From: Vicugna vicugna
Lineage: Eukaryota
Length of the DNA stretch: 37,528 nt
Direction: 5' to 3'
Assembly (NCBI GenBank): GCA_013265495.1
Contig: MU057654.1
Coordinates: 133,789-171,316, forward strand
The notes beneath the pieces were generated by a model. The model saw only the letters and a program-made list of their open reading frames with translations. It was not told the DNA's origin and did not search any database. Positions 27,180 through 37,528 of the stretch are shown in pieces; positions within the stretch are counted from its first letter, which is position 1; every line of letters starts with the position of its first letter. A program made the position numbers and the translations under genes.

Positions 27180-28680
27180 TCAAGCTGTGTGACCTTGTAG
27201 GAAAAGCATCACAATCCAACATGGAGTCATCAGGAATAGGAAACGTAGGCTATACTATTCCCTTGATGTGTTAATCCTATTAAAAGTAAATAAATTTAGA
27301 TGATGACTTATCTGCACTTAGGCAAATAATTTAATAGTTATTTTTCTTTGAGATTTGAATAAAATGATAAATATCAATTGAAGCATAATATGATTGGGTG
27401 GGCTTATACCTGGTTTGATGAATAGTCCAAAAGGTAGTTAGATGGTGCCCAAATTAACTTTTCTTCCACAAAAGTGTTGGTATAAGATGATTGGTGTTAT
27501 AGTATCACTTCCCCTGTCTTTAAAAAACACATCTGGTGTACTGATGAAAGGAGAGGGGGAAGAAGAACCAGAGTAGAGCAAATAGATTATCAATTAGCTA
27601 CAAAAATGGCAAATTCTCTTTTCTGAACATGCCAAAAAGTAACATTTTTTTCCACAGAAAGTTCAAGATGAGTTCAATTGAATTGTAAGCATTTTTAGAA
27701 TTGATAAATTCTTTTGCAGAAGTCCATTTTGCGTTTAAAGCTGGAAGGCTGGGAATTCAAATTATATATCATAAGAATATTCACTAAGATACCAAATTGC
27801 TACTATCTTTCCAAAATAATTTAAGTAGATCAATGAATCATTAAGATTAGCTACACACATTAAAAATTAAAAGTTGAATCAATACTGGGTAAATCGTTTA
27901 AATTGATGGTGTGGCAAGTTGAGAGAGAGAGAAGGGTGTAGTGTTGACTGCATTCTTGGGGAAGTCATCAGTGACTTGTAGTAAATGGTTTTGAAAATTT
28001 TTAGGACAAAAACTTTTTTTTCGGCCAAAAATGAACTTTATGTTAACCCCACCATAAAATAAATTTAATGTTAACCAGAAAGCGTTATTTTCTGCTTGAA
28101 GCTGGGGACAAGGACCTGAAACCCAACTTTGTCACATTTGGTTTCCTCCAAACTTCTGCCTCTGAGAACTTGGAGGTAAAAGTCAAGATATTTAAATATA
28201 TATGCAGGATCCAAAATGATCTCCACTTCTGGAGTTGAGTGCTGAATCAGGCAAAATGAAATTTAATAGTATAAATATTAAAGCCTCCATTTGGCTATGG
28301 AAGACAATACAAACATGTTTGAGGAGACACAGTTTTTAAGATACTAAATGTGGTGGGGGACAAGAAAAAGATATTAAATGTAAGAACAGTGTTGGGATTT
28401 TTATTACATGCTTGATTTGAAAGACTAATATGCTTATCATCTAGACAAAAATCACATATGACACAAGGAATATTATTGAAGTCAGTTGAATTCAGATAAG
28501 TGCATTAATAGCACTTAGCTTCACAGGTATATTCTCAACTGAAAAGAAGATAGGCGAATTCTGGATGAATTTGGAAAATAATTTTTAATAACTGGAGATA
28601 CAGAAAAAATGGAATTGGCTGCTTTGCTATATGCATGTATTGAACAAACAATAACAGCTGACTGCCAGCATTGAGCCAGG
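27180..28680 (+). mobile_element. Scattered CR1/L3 LINE remnants
   Basis: CR1-like motifs such as gctgaatc...aaaatgaaatttaatagtataaatattaaagcctccatttgg (~28240-28295). Very degraded. Confidence 0.4.
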
Positions 28681-28689
28681 AAGGAAGTT

Positions 28690-29230
28690 GAGAAAAAAAA
28701 ATGAAGAACATATCTTCTGTTCCACAAACAGCTCACAATCTAACAGAGAAAATGGACCAATAAATAGGAAACTGCAATATAAATTTGATAAAGTCTACAA
28801 CAGAAGTGATAAAGGATGTTGTGGGTAACAAGGGTAATAAGCTTAAAGAGATGGGAAGTGGGCATTCAGGAGAGGCTTCCCAAAGGAAGTGACATCTAGG
28901 CAGACCTTTTCCTCTCAGTTCAAAGACTTTTTTCTTTGATATATCCACTTTGCTATTTAACAGATACTTCAAACTTAATATAGCCAAACAAGAGTGCCTG
29001 CTTCTGCCATTACCAATCACTCACTCCCAGTTTCTCCCATTTCTATAAAACCTTCATCCAGTTGCTCAAGCCAAAAACCATTTTTGAGCACCTCTTTACT
29101 CCTATGTTAAACCATAAACATTTCCCCTTGATCATACCACCAAAATATCACTAGTTAATGTCCGATTTCCTTTATCTTCACTGTTTCCACTCTCATCTGA
29201 GACATCAGTATTTCTTGATCAAACTGAGAA
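28690..29230. mobile_element. L2 fragments (minus then plus)
   Basis: cagagaggcttccc..ggaagtgacatct (antisense L2), then cttcaaacttaatatagccaaa...catccagttgctcaagccaaaaacc (sense L2). Confidence 0.55.
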
Positions 29231-29567
29231 AATAGGTTTGAGAGCAACAGAAACATTGGAAGAAGTCATCACAGATTCTGAATTACAGGTGAGTGGAGAA
29301 AATTACACAGAATCAGCAAGAGATCAAAGAGTGCTGTGGTGAACTAAGCCTTGGAGGATTTCAGAACTATCCAGCATATAGTTTCCTCCAGAAGAAAAAA
29401 CTCGTACAAAATGAAAACTGCTAGTTTCAGAAATCAAATTCAACAGGGCAGAAACATTGTGGGTAAAAGGAAGGCAAAGTTCAGAGAGCAGTGGCTGGGG
29501 GAAGAATTCAGAGAAAGCAGATCCCAGGAAGTATTATGACAGCAAAGTAAACTTCTAAAGGTGAGAG

Positions 29568-29991
29568 TGTTGCAGCAAAGTGTCACAGCAAAGTGTTACA
29601 GCTCAGTGTTACAGCAACCCGGATCCTGACAAGAGACCAAGCAGCACTCAGAGGGTTGGAGAACTCAGGTTTATTATGCCAGCGGGCCCAGAGGAGTTAA
29701 CACTCCAAGTTCTGGGTCCCTTTTGTAGGTTTACACAGGCTTTTATAGGCTACCAGTAAAGACTTTGCAAAATTTCATGCAAATGAGGTGTTAGAAATGG
29801 ACCAATCAAGAGTGAGCTTTGGGAACCAATAGAATCTTAGGGGTAAGTTCTGTTCTCCTAGAAGCAAGCCATTTTACAGAAGCACAAAAGCGAGATAATG
29901 CCACTGGGCCAGGGAACCAGATGGCACCGGTTGGAAGGTAGTGGCCCTGCCTGGGGGTCCTGCCAGTCTTTTCATGGGGCTTCCCACCTCA
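29568..29991 (-). mobile_element. ERV1-class solo LTR (424 bp)
   Basis: TG...CA termini and perfect 4-bp TSD AGAG (29564-29567 and 29992-29995). Minus-strand TATAAAA (29741-29747) and AATAAA (29670-29675) fall in correct U3-R-U5 order. U5 has four 13-bp repeats. Confidence 0.85.
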
Positions 29992-30384
29992 AGAGTAGCA
30001 CCTCGGAAGACAAGACCCGTAGAATACAAACACACAAGGAAAACGCAGATTAAAAATTAAATGGAAACTCTAACCTAATCTAGTCTTTCAAAATGAGCGG
30101 AAAGAAAGAAAACATTTAGAGCTTTGAAACACAGCTTAAATCAAAAAGAGAACCCAGAAATAGACAACAGAAGGATGTGAAACAAAAACTGATAGAACTA
30201 AGGAAATAATTATAAAAAGAAATAATTTATAAACATTAAGTTTGAAGGAATACAAGAGAGAAGAGACTATGATAAAGATAGTACGGGAAATAATAGAAAA
30301 AATGATAATGAAGATAAATTTTTGAGAACTACATAGATTGATAGAATAAGTAACAAACAGCAATGGAGATACAAATAAGTTTGT

Positions 30385-30748
30385 TGTAATGGATGCTGTG
30401 TTGTGCTGCCCAGAACTACCCACCGCTGCCATACATTTTCAGGACAGAGACATTCATTTCCCCAACTTCTGGGGAACTGGCCTGAAGGGAACTGCCTCTC
30501 CTAAGGGCATGTCCTCTCCTGGGGGCAGCCCTCACTAATGGGGTATACAAAGGCCAGGCCTCCTGTTTCAATTTTGGGCAACTCTGAGAGGATCAGCTGA
30601 GGCTTTTGCCTGAACTGTATCACAGTTCAACTTCTCTGCTAATCCCACTTCCCTCACAACTGTTGATCTTTTGAATATGCCCCTATAAATTACCTACAAA
30701 CAAATCTCCATCTCATTGTCATCTTCCTCCAGAAAGTTACTTGAGATA
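30385..30748 (+). mobile_element. LTR16-like (ERVL) LTR
   Basis: Starts tgtaatggatgctgtg..gcccaga, contains caactctga..gatcagctgaggc..cagttcaacttctc, and ends caaatctccatctca...gagata. Confidence 0.75.
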
Positions 30749-31560
30749 GGAGGTACTAGGGAGTAGTCCTAGGGAAGTGGCTCCAAAAACAGGATTTTTG
30801 GAATAGACAATGAGGATCCTGTCATTGGTAGTAAAATACTGGTAGTAAGTAGTTCCTATCATGCTGTAGCTGTACAATTGTTAAAATTTTCACTTGTGAT
30901 TAGTGGAAAGGAATGTATGTGTAAGTGTAATATGGTAAGCAGTTAAGAGGATTAATGAAAATAGTCATTATATGGAATTATATGGAATCTGCTGTCTCTT
31001 GCTGAGTGACATTGATGCATTGGAGAAAGAAAATGAAAGGCTTAGAGAATTAATTACCAAATTAAGGCAAAATTTGAATGTCAGAAGGCATCACTGGTAG
31101 CATAGAAAGAGACTTCCATCTCTTCATCTTCCACCTCCCCTGAACCCTCTGAACGTGAAGCAGTACACCAATTCTAGAATTGCCAGATAAAATGTGGAAT
31201 GCTCAGTTAAACTTGAATTTCAGGAAAAGAGCTAATTTTGAGTATAAATATGTCCAATGCAATATTTGGAACACATTTACACTAAAATAAAATTTCATTG
31301 TTTATCTGAAATTCAAATTTAGCTGGATGCCCTTGTTTGTTGTTGTTGTTAAGTCTGGAAAACTTATCCATTTCTCCCAATTAATGGCTAACATTCCCAC
31401 CTTGTTTCCAGATGATATGTAGCCCTCTGACTTGCAAGACAACAAGCCCTCTCTCCTAGTATCTATTTCCATCACTCCTGCTGGCTACCAGACAGATAAC
31501 TATGATCAAATCACAACTTAGCCTGACCTGAAAAGTGCTGGTCTAATAAGGCAAAAAAGG
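30749..31560 (+). mobile_element. ERVL (ERV3-16A3-like) internal remnant following LTR16
   Basis: ggtactagggagtagtcctagggaag directly after the LTR, with a gag-like remnant attgatgcattggagaaagaaaatgaaaggcttagag. Confidence 0.55.
31175..31366. mobile_element. MER53 palindromic hAT MITE nested in the ERVL
   Basis: tagaattgccagataaaat...cagttaaacttgaatttcag / ctgaaattcaaatttagctg...tctggaaaactta. TSD accaattc/tccatttc. Confidence 0.85.
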
Positions 31561-33249
31561 GTTTAGGTGCACTCTAAGGGAAGGAAAGAACTGGGAGAAG
31601 CTTGGTGGGCTTGAGCTCAAAGGTCACATAATTTGTGACCAGACTGTAAGAGGGCTAGGGGTTTCCAGGAAGAGCCCCATAGTGCAGGGGGGTTAGAGAT
31701 AGAGAATGAGGACAGAGGGAGCAGCCAGCCCACTGAAGGGTATAGAAGAGAATATGCACAGGAAGAGTAGGGTGAAACATGGAAGACTGTGACAAACAGA
31801 AGGTCAGGTAAAAGGAGTAGTTGAGAATTTCTAAGCAGAAAAAGGAAATGAGAGGGGGTTGGGCTGGATGGTCTTAAATGAGTGTAATATGCTCATTTTA
31901 AAAAGAGTGTTACTGTGAAGCTGGAAAGGTGGACAGGGAAGGAGATCAGACACAGGGTCTGTTTGATATCAGGGACTAGGTGGTGTCAAAGAAAACCTGG
32001 AGCAAGAGATGGATGAAGAGAGACCGTGAAATTGTCTTGACAAGACTTTGAAATTCCAGGGCTGAGTCATAGGTGTCTGAGAGGCAGGAAAGTGGGAAAG
32101 CAAAGCCTAGCTTCATACAAGCTAATTTCACAATGACTGATATTAAGAAAGTCAAACTAACATCATGATACCATTAAAGGAGAGAGATAAAATTCACAGT
32201 GAAAGAAGCCTAATTAATTAACTACAGACTCAAGTTTCTCGGGACCTTTTAATTGAGTCCAAGGAGAATTAAAAACTTTAAGTATATAACAATTGACCCA
32301 TGGGACTTGGGGTCAGTAGTTTCATTCTGCACCTCAATTTAAGACAAGCACTCAGAAAATGGATGTTTAGGAATAGCAATGACAAATCATATTCTGGAAA
32401 GGAAGAAAAGGATTCCTCACAGATCTGCTATTTTATAAACAAAATAAAATTATTAGCATAACCTCACTAGAGGTTCAGTCCATTTATGTTTTCTTCCTTT
32501 TGTTTTTTTTTCTTCCATTAAAAAATAATTTTAGGTGTATGGTGGTAAGATTCAAGGGAGAATTCATAAAATCTTAAATTGGCTCACTGAGGGTAGAACA
32601 GTGTGTTAGGGAAATCTAACTTTGTTTTATTTCTTTTCAAAAGATTAGTTATGTATCAATCTTACCTCATGTAATATGTATACAAGGAGGGAGATTTGTT
32701 AGAAAGAGAAAGTGTAGCTGATACTCACACACCATCCCCTGCCACGCAAGAGGTAGAAAAACAAGAAGTATGTAGTACTCTTTTGCCTTCATTGAATAAA
32801 TAGTCTAAGCAAGTTAAGAGATTTATTTGATTTCTCAAATAATCAGCCATCATAAAATGAGTGAATTTATAAATACAGGGACAGCTATGGGGAGAGCAAG
32901 AACGAGAGACACACATATCAAGCTTTCGTTTATCCTGAAATACTGCATAAAATAATCAAGTAATTTTGCTTATATATACTCCACACCATGTTTTTCTTTT
33001 CCAGAGCAGACACAGCCCATAGAGGGAGTAGGGCTCATTCCCATCCCAGAAAAGAAGAAAATCTTAGCCTTACATATTTCTGCATCTTACAACCACTGAA
33101 GCCAGGAGATGATTCCTGAGACTTTTCCTGAATTCAGTTCAATCTATTGTTACTCAATAATTGGTAGCAACTTACTAAGTGTGCACATGGAGCTTATAGT
33201 GCAACAGGGAAAAAAACCCCTACACATTATGGGGAGATGCCATTGAATA

Positions 33250-33426
33250 GTACAGGCACTGGATTCAGATTCAGAAGACCTGTGTTTGAAAGACCACTCT
33301 AACATTCATTTGCTTTAAGTTAGCTGAAGGCAGGTCACTCAACCTCTGAAAACTTACTTTTCCTCATCTGTGAAGTGGGGATTTAAAAAAAAACTCACTT
33401 CACACGGTTATTTGAAGAGGACTACA
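33250..33426 (+). mobile_element. MIR SINE truncated by the L1 insertion
   Basis: cagaagacctgtgtttgaa...ggcaggtcactcaacctctga...tcctcatctgtgaagtggg...cttcacacggttatttgaagagga. Confidence 0.7.
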
Positions 33427-34220
33427 GGGGGCTGCGTGTCATGGCTGTGGGTGCACAGGGCAGAACAACCTGGGCCATCCATAAAACAACACGGCTGATA
33501 TGCCCTAGGGGAAAGGGTGCATACCCCCATCTCTGAAAACCTGCGGAAAATTTTCGGGTGAAGAGAGGCGGGGCTGAGGCACAGCTGCCATATCCTCCGG
33601 TGCTTAGCACCCAGGTTGGGGGCGGGGGCAAAGCCTGCATCCGCACCTAAGGACTTAGCAGCCTCAAAGGCCAGACGGAGACTTCTCTACAGCCTAGGCA
33701 GACAGGATCCTTCCGTCCTGGTCCCTCAGAGAACTTGCTCTGCCAAGACCAACAAGGAGCTGGGTTTTGGCCGGGAGCAGAGACAGGGCTGTTCCTTGGT
33801 CTTCCCTGAGCCTGCCTGCGGAGTGACGACCTGAGGCGGAGTGCGCAGCAGCACAGAGCAGCGGAGCAACTGGCGCCGGGAGAGGGTGGGTGACCCCCCC
33901 GCCTTTCGGTAAGGAACACAACCCCTGACTGAGGTGCTGGGAGGGGGCACAACCCACCCCCCTACCTGGCCAGTCTGCAACATCTGACCTCGGCATTGGG
34001 AGGGGCAGTGACCTGCCCGCCCACAGCAAAGGAGAGCTGCACCTGACCCAGTGTTGGGAGGAGGCATGATCTGCTTGCTGACAGACACTGGGAGCAGCAC
34101 AGAAGAGGGCGCCAACGGAGGGCCTATGGAAAAAGCAAGCTGAGCTTCCAAAACAGTACAAAGACAGAAAGACTTCGCATTAAAAGCACACACTCTTCAG
34201 GGGAACACCCATCCAGCCCC
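33427..34220 (+). promoter_or_regulatory. L1 5'UTR internal promoter region (GC/CpG-rich)
   Basis: The only CpG-rich tract in the window, with GC boxes (ggcggggc; ggggcggggg). Confidence 0.7.
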
Positions 34221-34682
34221 CCTTTTTTTCCTTTCTAAATCTGTTTTTACCAGTTCTATTTTCTATTACCGTTTTAATTTTTTCTTCTTAAACAATTATA
34301 TATACCTCCAGTTTTAATCCCTTTTAAAGTTTTAAAAAAATTGTTATTAATATTATTTTAAAAAGTCCACATCATTTCATTTTTATTTATCTTGGTTTTG
34401 ATGTCCTGTTATTGATTAGACACAGGTTGCAAATACATCTTTTCCTCTTTTCTCCTTTTAAAGGTTTTTAAAGGACGTCTCAACCTGATTACTATTCTGC
34501 TTCAACTTGCTCTACTATTATTCATTATACACTTTTTTCAAAGCTTTTTTTCTCCCTTCTTTTAAAATTATTTCTCTCTCTATTTTTTCTAAGTTTTATT
34601 CCTACATATGCATTAGATAGATAAACTCCTTAAGGACCACATTAGATAAATGATACTCCATAAACCACAGTGCCAGAGAAAT

Positions 34683-35589
34683 ATGAGCAAGATGAAAAAG
34701 CAGAGAAACCATTCCCAATTAAAAGAACAAGAGAAATTCCCTGAAAGAAAGATCAATGAAATAGATGATCAATGAAAGAAAGATCAATGAAAAATTTCAA
34801 AAAAGAAGTGATCGAAGTACTGAAGGAATTAAAAGAGATAGTGTTTAGAGATATAAAATATGTCAAAAATGAAATTGAAGCTATAAAGAAGTGCCAAGTA
34901 GAATTGGTAAACTCATTGGCTGAGATGAGCACAGATCTAAAGGCTGTGCAAAGCAGACTAGACAATGCAGAGGAACGAATTAGTGACCTAGAAGACAGGA
35001 CAATAGAAAACACTCATTCAGAAGAGCTACAAGATAAACAAATAAAAAACAATGAAAATAGCATAAGGGACCTATGGGATAATATAAAGCATGCCAATCT
35101 TCACATAGTAGGGGTCCCAGAAGGGGAAAAAAGATCAAAGGGGATTGAAAGGATTTTTGAAGAAATCATGACTGAAAACTTCCCAAACTTAAAGAAGGAA
35201 ACAGATATCCAAGTACAGGAAGCTCAGGGGGTCCCAAACAGGAAGAAACAAAATATGCCCACACCAAGACATATCATAATCAAGATGGCCAGAGTCAAGG
35301 ATAAAGAAATGATTCAAAGGCAGCAAGAGAAAAGCAAGGAGTGAGTTACAAGGGAACCCCCATAAGGCTCTCAGCTGATTTCTCTACACAAACACTACAG
35401 GCCAGAAGGGAGTGGCAAGATATATTCAAAGCCCTGAATGAAAAAAAGATGCAGCCTAGGATGCTTTATCCAGCAAGGCTATCCTTTAGGATAGAAGGAG
35501 ACATAAAGAATTTCACAGACAAGAAAAAGCTACAAGAGTTTAGCAACACCAAACCCATGCTAAAAGAAACACTGGAAGTTCTACTCTAA
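34683..35589 (+). pseudogene. L1 ORF1 (disrupted)
   Basis: ATG at 34683 (MSKMKKQRNHSQLKEQE) hits TGA at 34773. Homology continues in another frame (ORF 34772-35344), then shifts again near 35315 into ORF 35341-35589 (YKGTPIRLSADFS...YPARLSF). Confidence 0.9.
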
Positions 35590-35992
35590 ATAGAAAAGCA
35601 GCAGGATGCTACAGAAATGAGAAACTCACAACTGGAAAGGTGATAACTCATGAATTACAAATAAAATAAACATGAAATTATAAAAGAAGACATACAAATC
35701 AATGACAGTGGGAGAGGGAGGCAGGCAAACATAGAATATATTTTTTTCTTTCTTTTTTAAATTTTTTGTTCTCGGTAGGATGGGCTTGAGATCATGTTAC
35801 TATCAGTTTAATAAAAACAGTTATAGTAATGAGCTAATAGATGTACGAAAAAGGGTAGCCACAAGCCAAAAATTTACAAGGGAGTCACAAAAACTAAATA
35901 AAATCCATGATAATACAAAAGAAGATTACCAAACCACAAAAGGAAGAAGAAAGGAACAAAGAGGATATACCAAGTCAACTGCAAAGTTCAAA

Positions 35993-37528
35993 ATGGCAAT
36001 AAACACACATCTATCATTAATTACTGTAAATGTTAATGGACTAAATGCTCCAGTCAAAAGACATGGAGTGGCAGACTGGATAATAAAGCAAGAACCTTCA
36101 ATATGCTGCATACAAGAGACCCACTTTAGGGAGAAGGACACATATAGATTGAGAGTGAAAGGATGGAAAAGGATATTCCATGCAAGTGGAAAAGTCAAAA
36201 CAGCAGGCGTTGCAGTACTGATTTCAGACAAAATAGACTTTAAAACAAAGGCCATAAAGAAAGATACAGAAGGACATTTCATAATGATTAAAGGAGTGAT
36301 ACAAGATGAGGATATTACACTCGTTAATATATATGCACTCAATATAGGAGCACCTAAGTGCATAGAACAATTACTAACAGAGATAAAGGGGGAAATTGAT
36401 GGGAATACAATCATAGTTGGAGATTTTAACACCGCATTAACATCACTAGACAGATCTTCCAGACAGAAAATAAATAAGGCAACAGAGAAATTAAATAACA
36501 CAATAGAAAAACTAGATTTGGTGGATATTTTCAGAGCATTACACCCCCCAAGAATGGGATGTACATTCTTTTCAAGTGCACATGGAACATTTTCTAGGAT
36601 CGATCATGTACTTGGGCACAAAAGAAACCTCAACAATTTTAAGAAGATAGAAATTATCTCAAGCATCTTTACTGACCACAGTGCCATGAAACTAGAAATC
36701 AACAACAGAGAAACAAAGGAGGAAAAAAGGAAAGCATGGAGATTAAACAATATGTTATTGAAAAAACAATGGGTCAATGAGGAAATCAAAGCTGAAATTA
36801 AAAAATACCTTGAGACAAATGATAATGAAAGCACAACCACTCAAAACCTATGGGACACAGCAAAGGCAGTGCTAAGAGAGAAGTTTATAGCGATACAGGC
36901 CTTCCTCAAAAAACAACAGCAAACTCAAATAAACAATTTATCCCACCACCTGAATGAATTAGAAAAAGAAGAACAAAAAGCCCCAAAATGCAGCAGAAGG
37001 AAGGAAATAATAAAGATCAGGGAGGAAATAAATACAATAGAGATAAACAAGACCATAGGAAGAATCAACCAAACCAAAAGCTGGTTTTTTGAAAAAGTAA
37101 ATAAAATCGACAAACCCCTGGCCAAACTCACAAAGAAGGAAAAGAGAGAGCACAAGTTAACAAAATAAAGAAGGGAAATGGGAGAAATTACAACAAACAA
37201 AATAGAAATACAGAATATCATACGAGAATATTATGAAAAACTATATNNNNNNNNNNNNNNNNNNNNNNNNNNNNNNNNNNNNNNNNNNNNNNNNNNNNNN
37301 NNNNNNNNNNNNNNNNNNNNNNNNNNNNNNNNNNNNNNNNNNNNNNNNNNNNNNNNNNNNNNNNNNNNNNNNNNNNNNNNNNNNNNNNNNNNNNNNNNNN
37401 NNACAGTCCAGGATGCCTTCACCGGGGAATTCTACCAAACATACAAAGAAGAACTCATACCAGTCCTTCTCAAACTCTTCCAGACGATTGAAAAGGAGGG
37501 AATACTCCCAAACTCATTCTATTCTATG
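35993..37528 (+). pseudogene. L1 ORF2 (endonuclease domain and linker; premature TAA 37166-37168; N gap)
   Basis: [18 protein letters not shown]...CCIQETH...GDFNT...FSRIDH...TDH. After the gap it reads [25 protein letters not shown]. Confidence 0.9.
37247..37402. other. Assembly gap (156 N)
   Basis: Run of N. Its size roughly equals the missing ~53 codons of L1 ORF2. Confidence 1.

Larger units (their letters stand above)
33427..37528 (+). mobile_element. LINE-1 with intact 5' end (5'UTR, ORF1, spacer, ORF2 start); continues beyond the window
   Basis: G5 start, GC/CpG-rich 5'UTR (33427-~34220), T-rich segment, ORF1p homology, ~400-bp spacer, APE endonuclease. L1 ORF2 sequence resumes after the N gap. 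Confidence 0.95.

Noticed and set aside
33694..34193. Two 155-aa antisense ORFs in the L1 5'UTR (ORF0-like?)
   Set aside because: GC-rich sequence is stop-poor, there are no recognisable motifs, and ORF0 is described for primate L1 only.
35926..37221. Minus-strand ORFs of 64-191 aa
   Set aside because: They are antisense shadows of A-rich L1 ORF2.
37231..37438. ORFs spanning the N run
   Set aside because: They are artefacts of the assembly gap.

Overview
This is AT-rich mammalian genomic DNA, probably from a camelid: it carries a Vic-1-like tRNA SINE and cetartiodactyl-type L1 elements. The assembly is a draft, with a 156-N gap at 37247-37402. The + strand holds the 3' six coding exons of ZMAT1 (zinc finger matrin-type 1, X-linked in other mammals): 7951-8057, 12185-12286, 12363-12537, 14130-14414, 23026-23125 and 24522-25845. 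They splice into one open frame with GT-AG introns. The protein has four C-X2-C-X12-H-X5-H fingers, three ~89-aa tandem repeats and a Lys-rich KRCC1-like tail. The first exon and promoter lie upstream of the window. The rest is transposon debris: MIR, L2, CR1/L3, old L1M, MER5/MER20/MER53 MITEs, MLT1, LTR16/ERVL, a young ERV1 solo LTR, and the 5' half of a near-full-length but disabled L1 from 33427 to the end. I found no clearly novel biological system. The best leads are a frame-preserving cassette exon carrying a whole zinc finger, a decayed copy of the ZMAT1 C-terminus in its own 3'UTR, mosaic homogenisation of the coding repeats, and an octamer/CCAAT/TATA LTR pointing antisense at the ZMAT1 3' end. 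Repeat family names and comparisons to human proteins are from recall, not from database searches.
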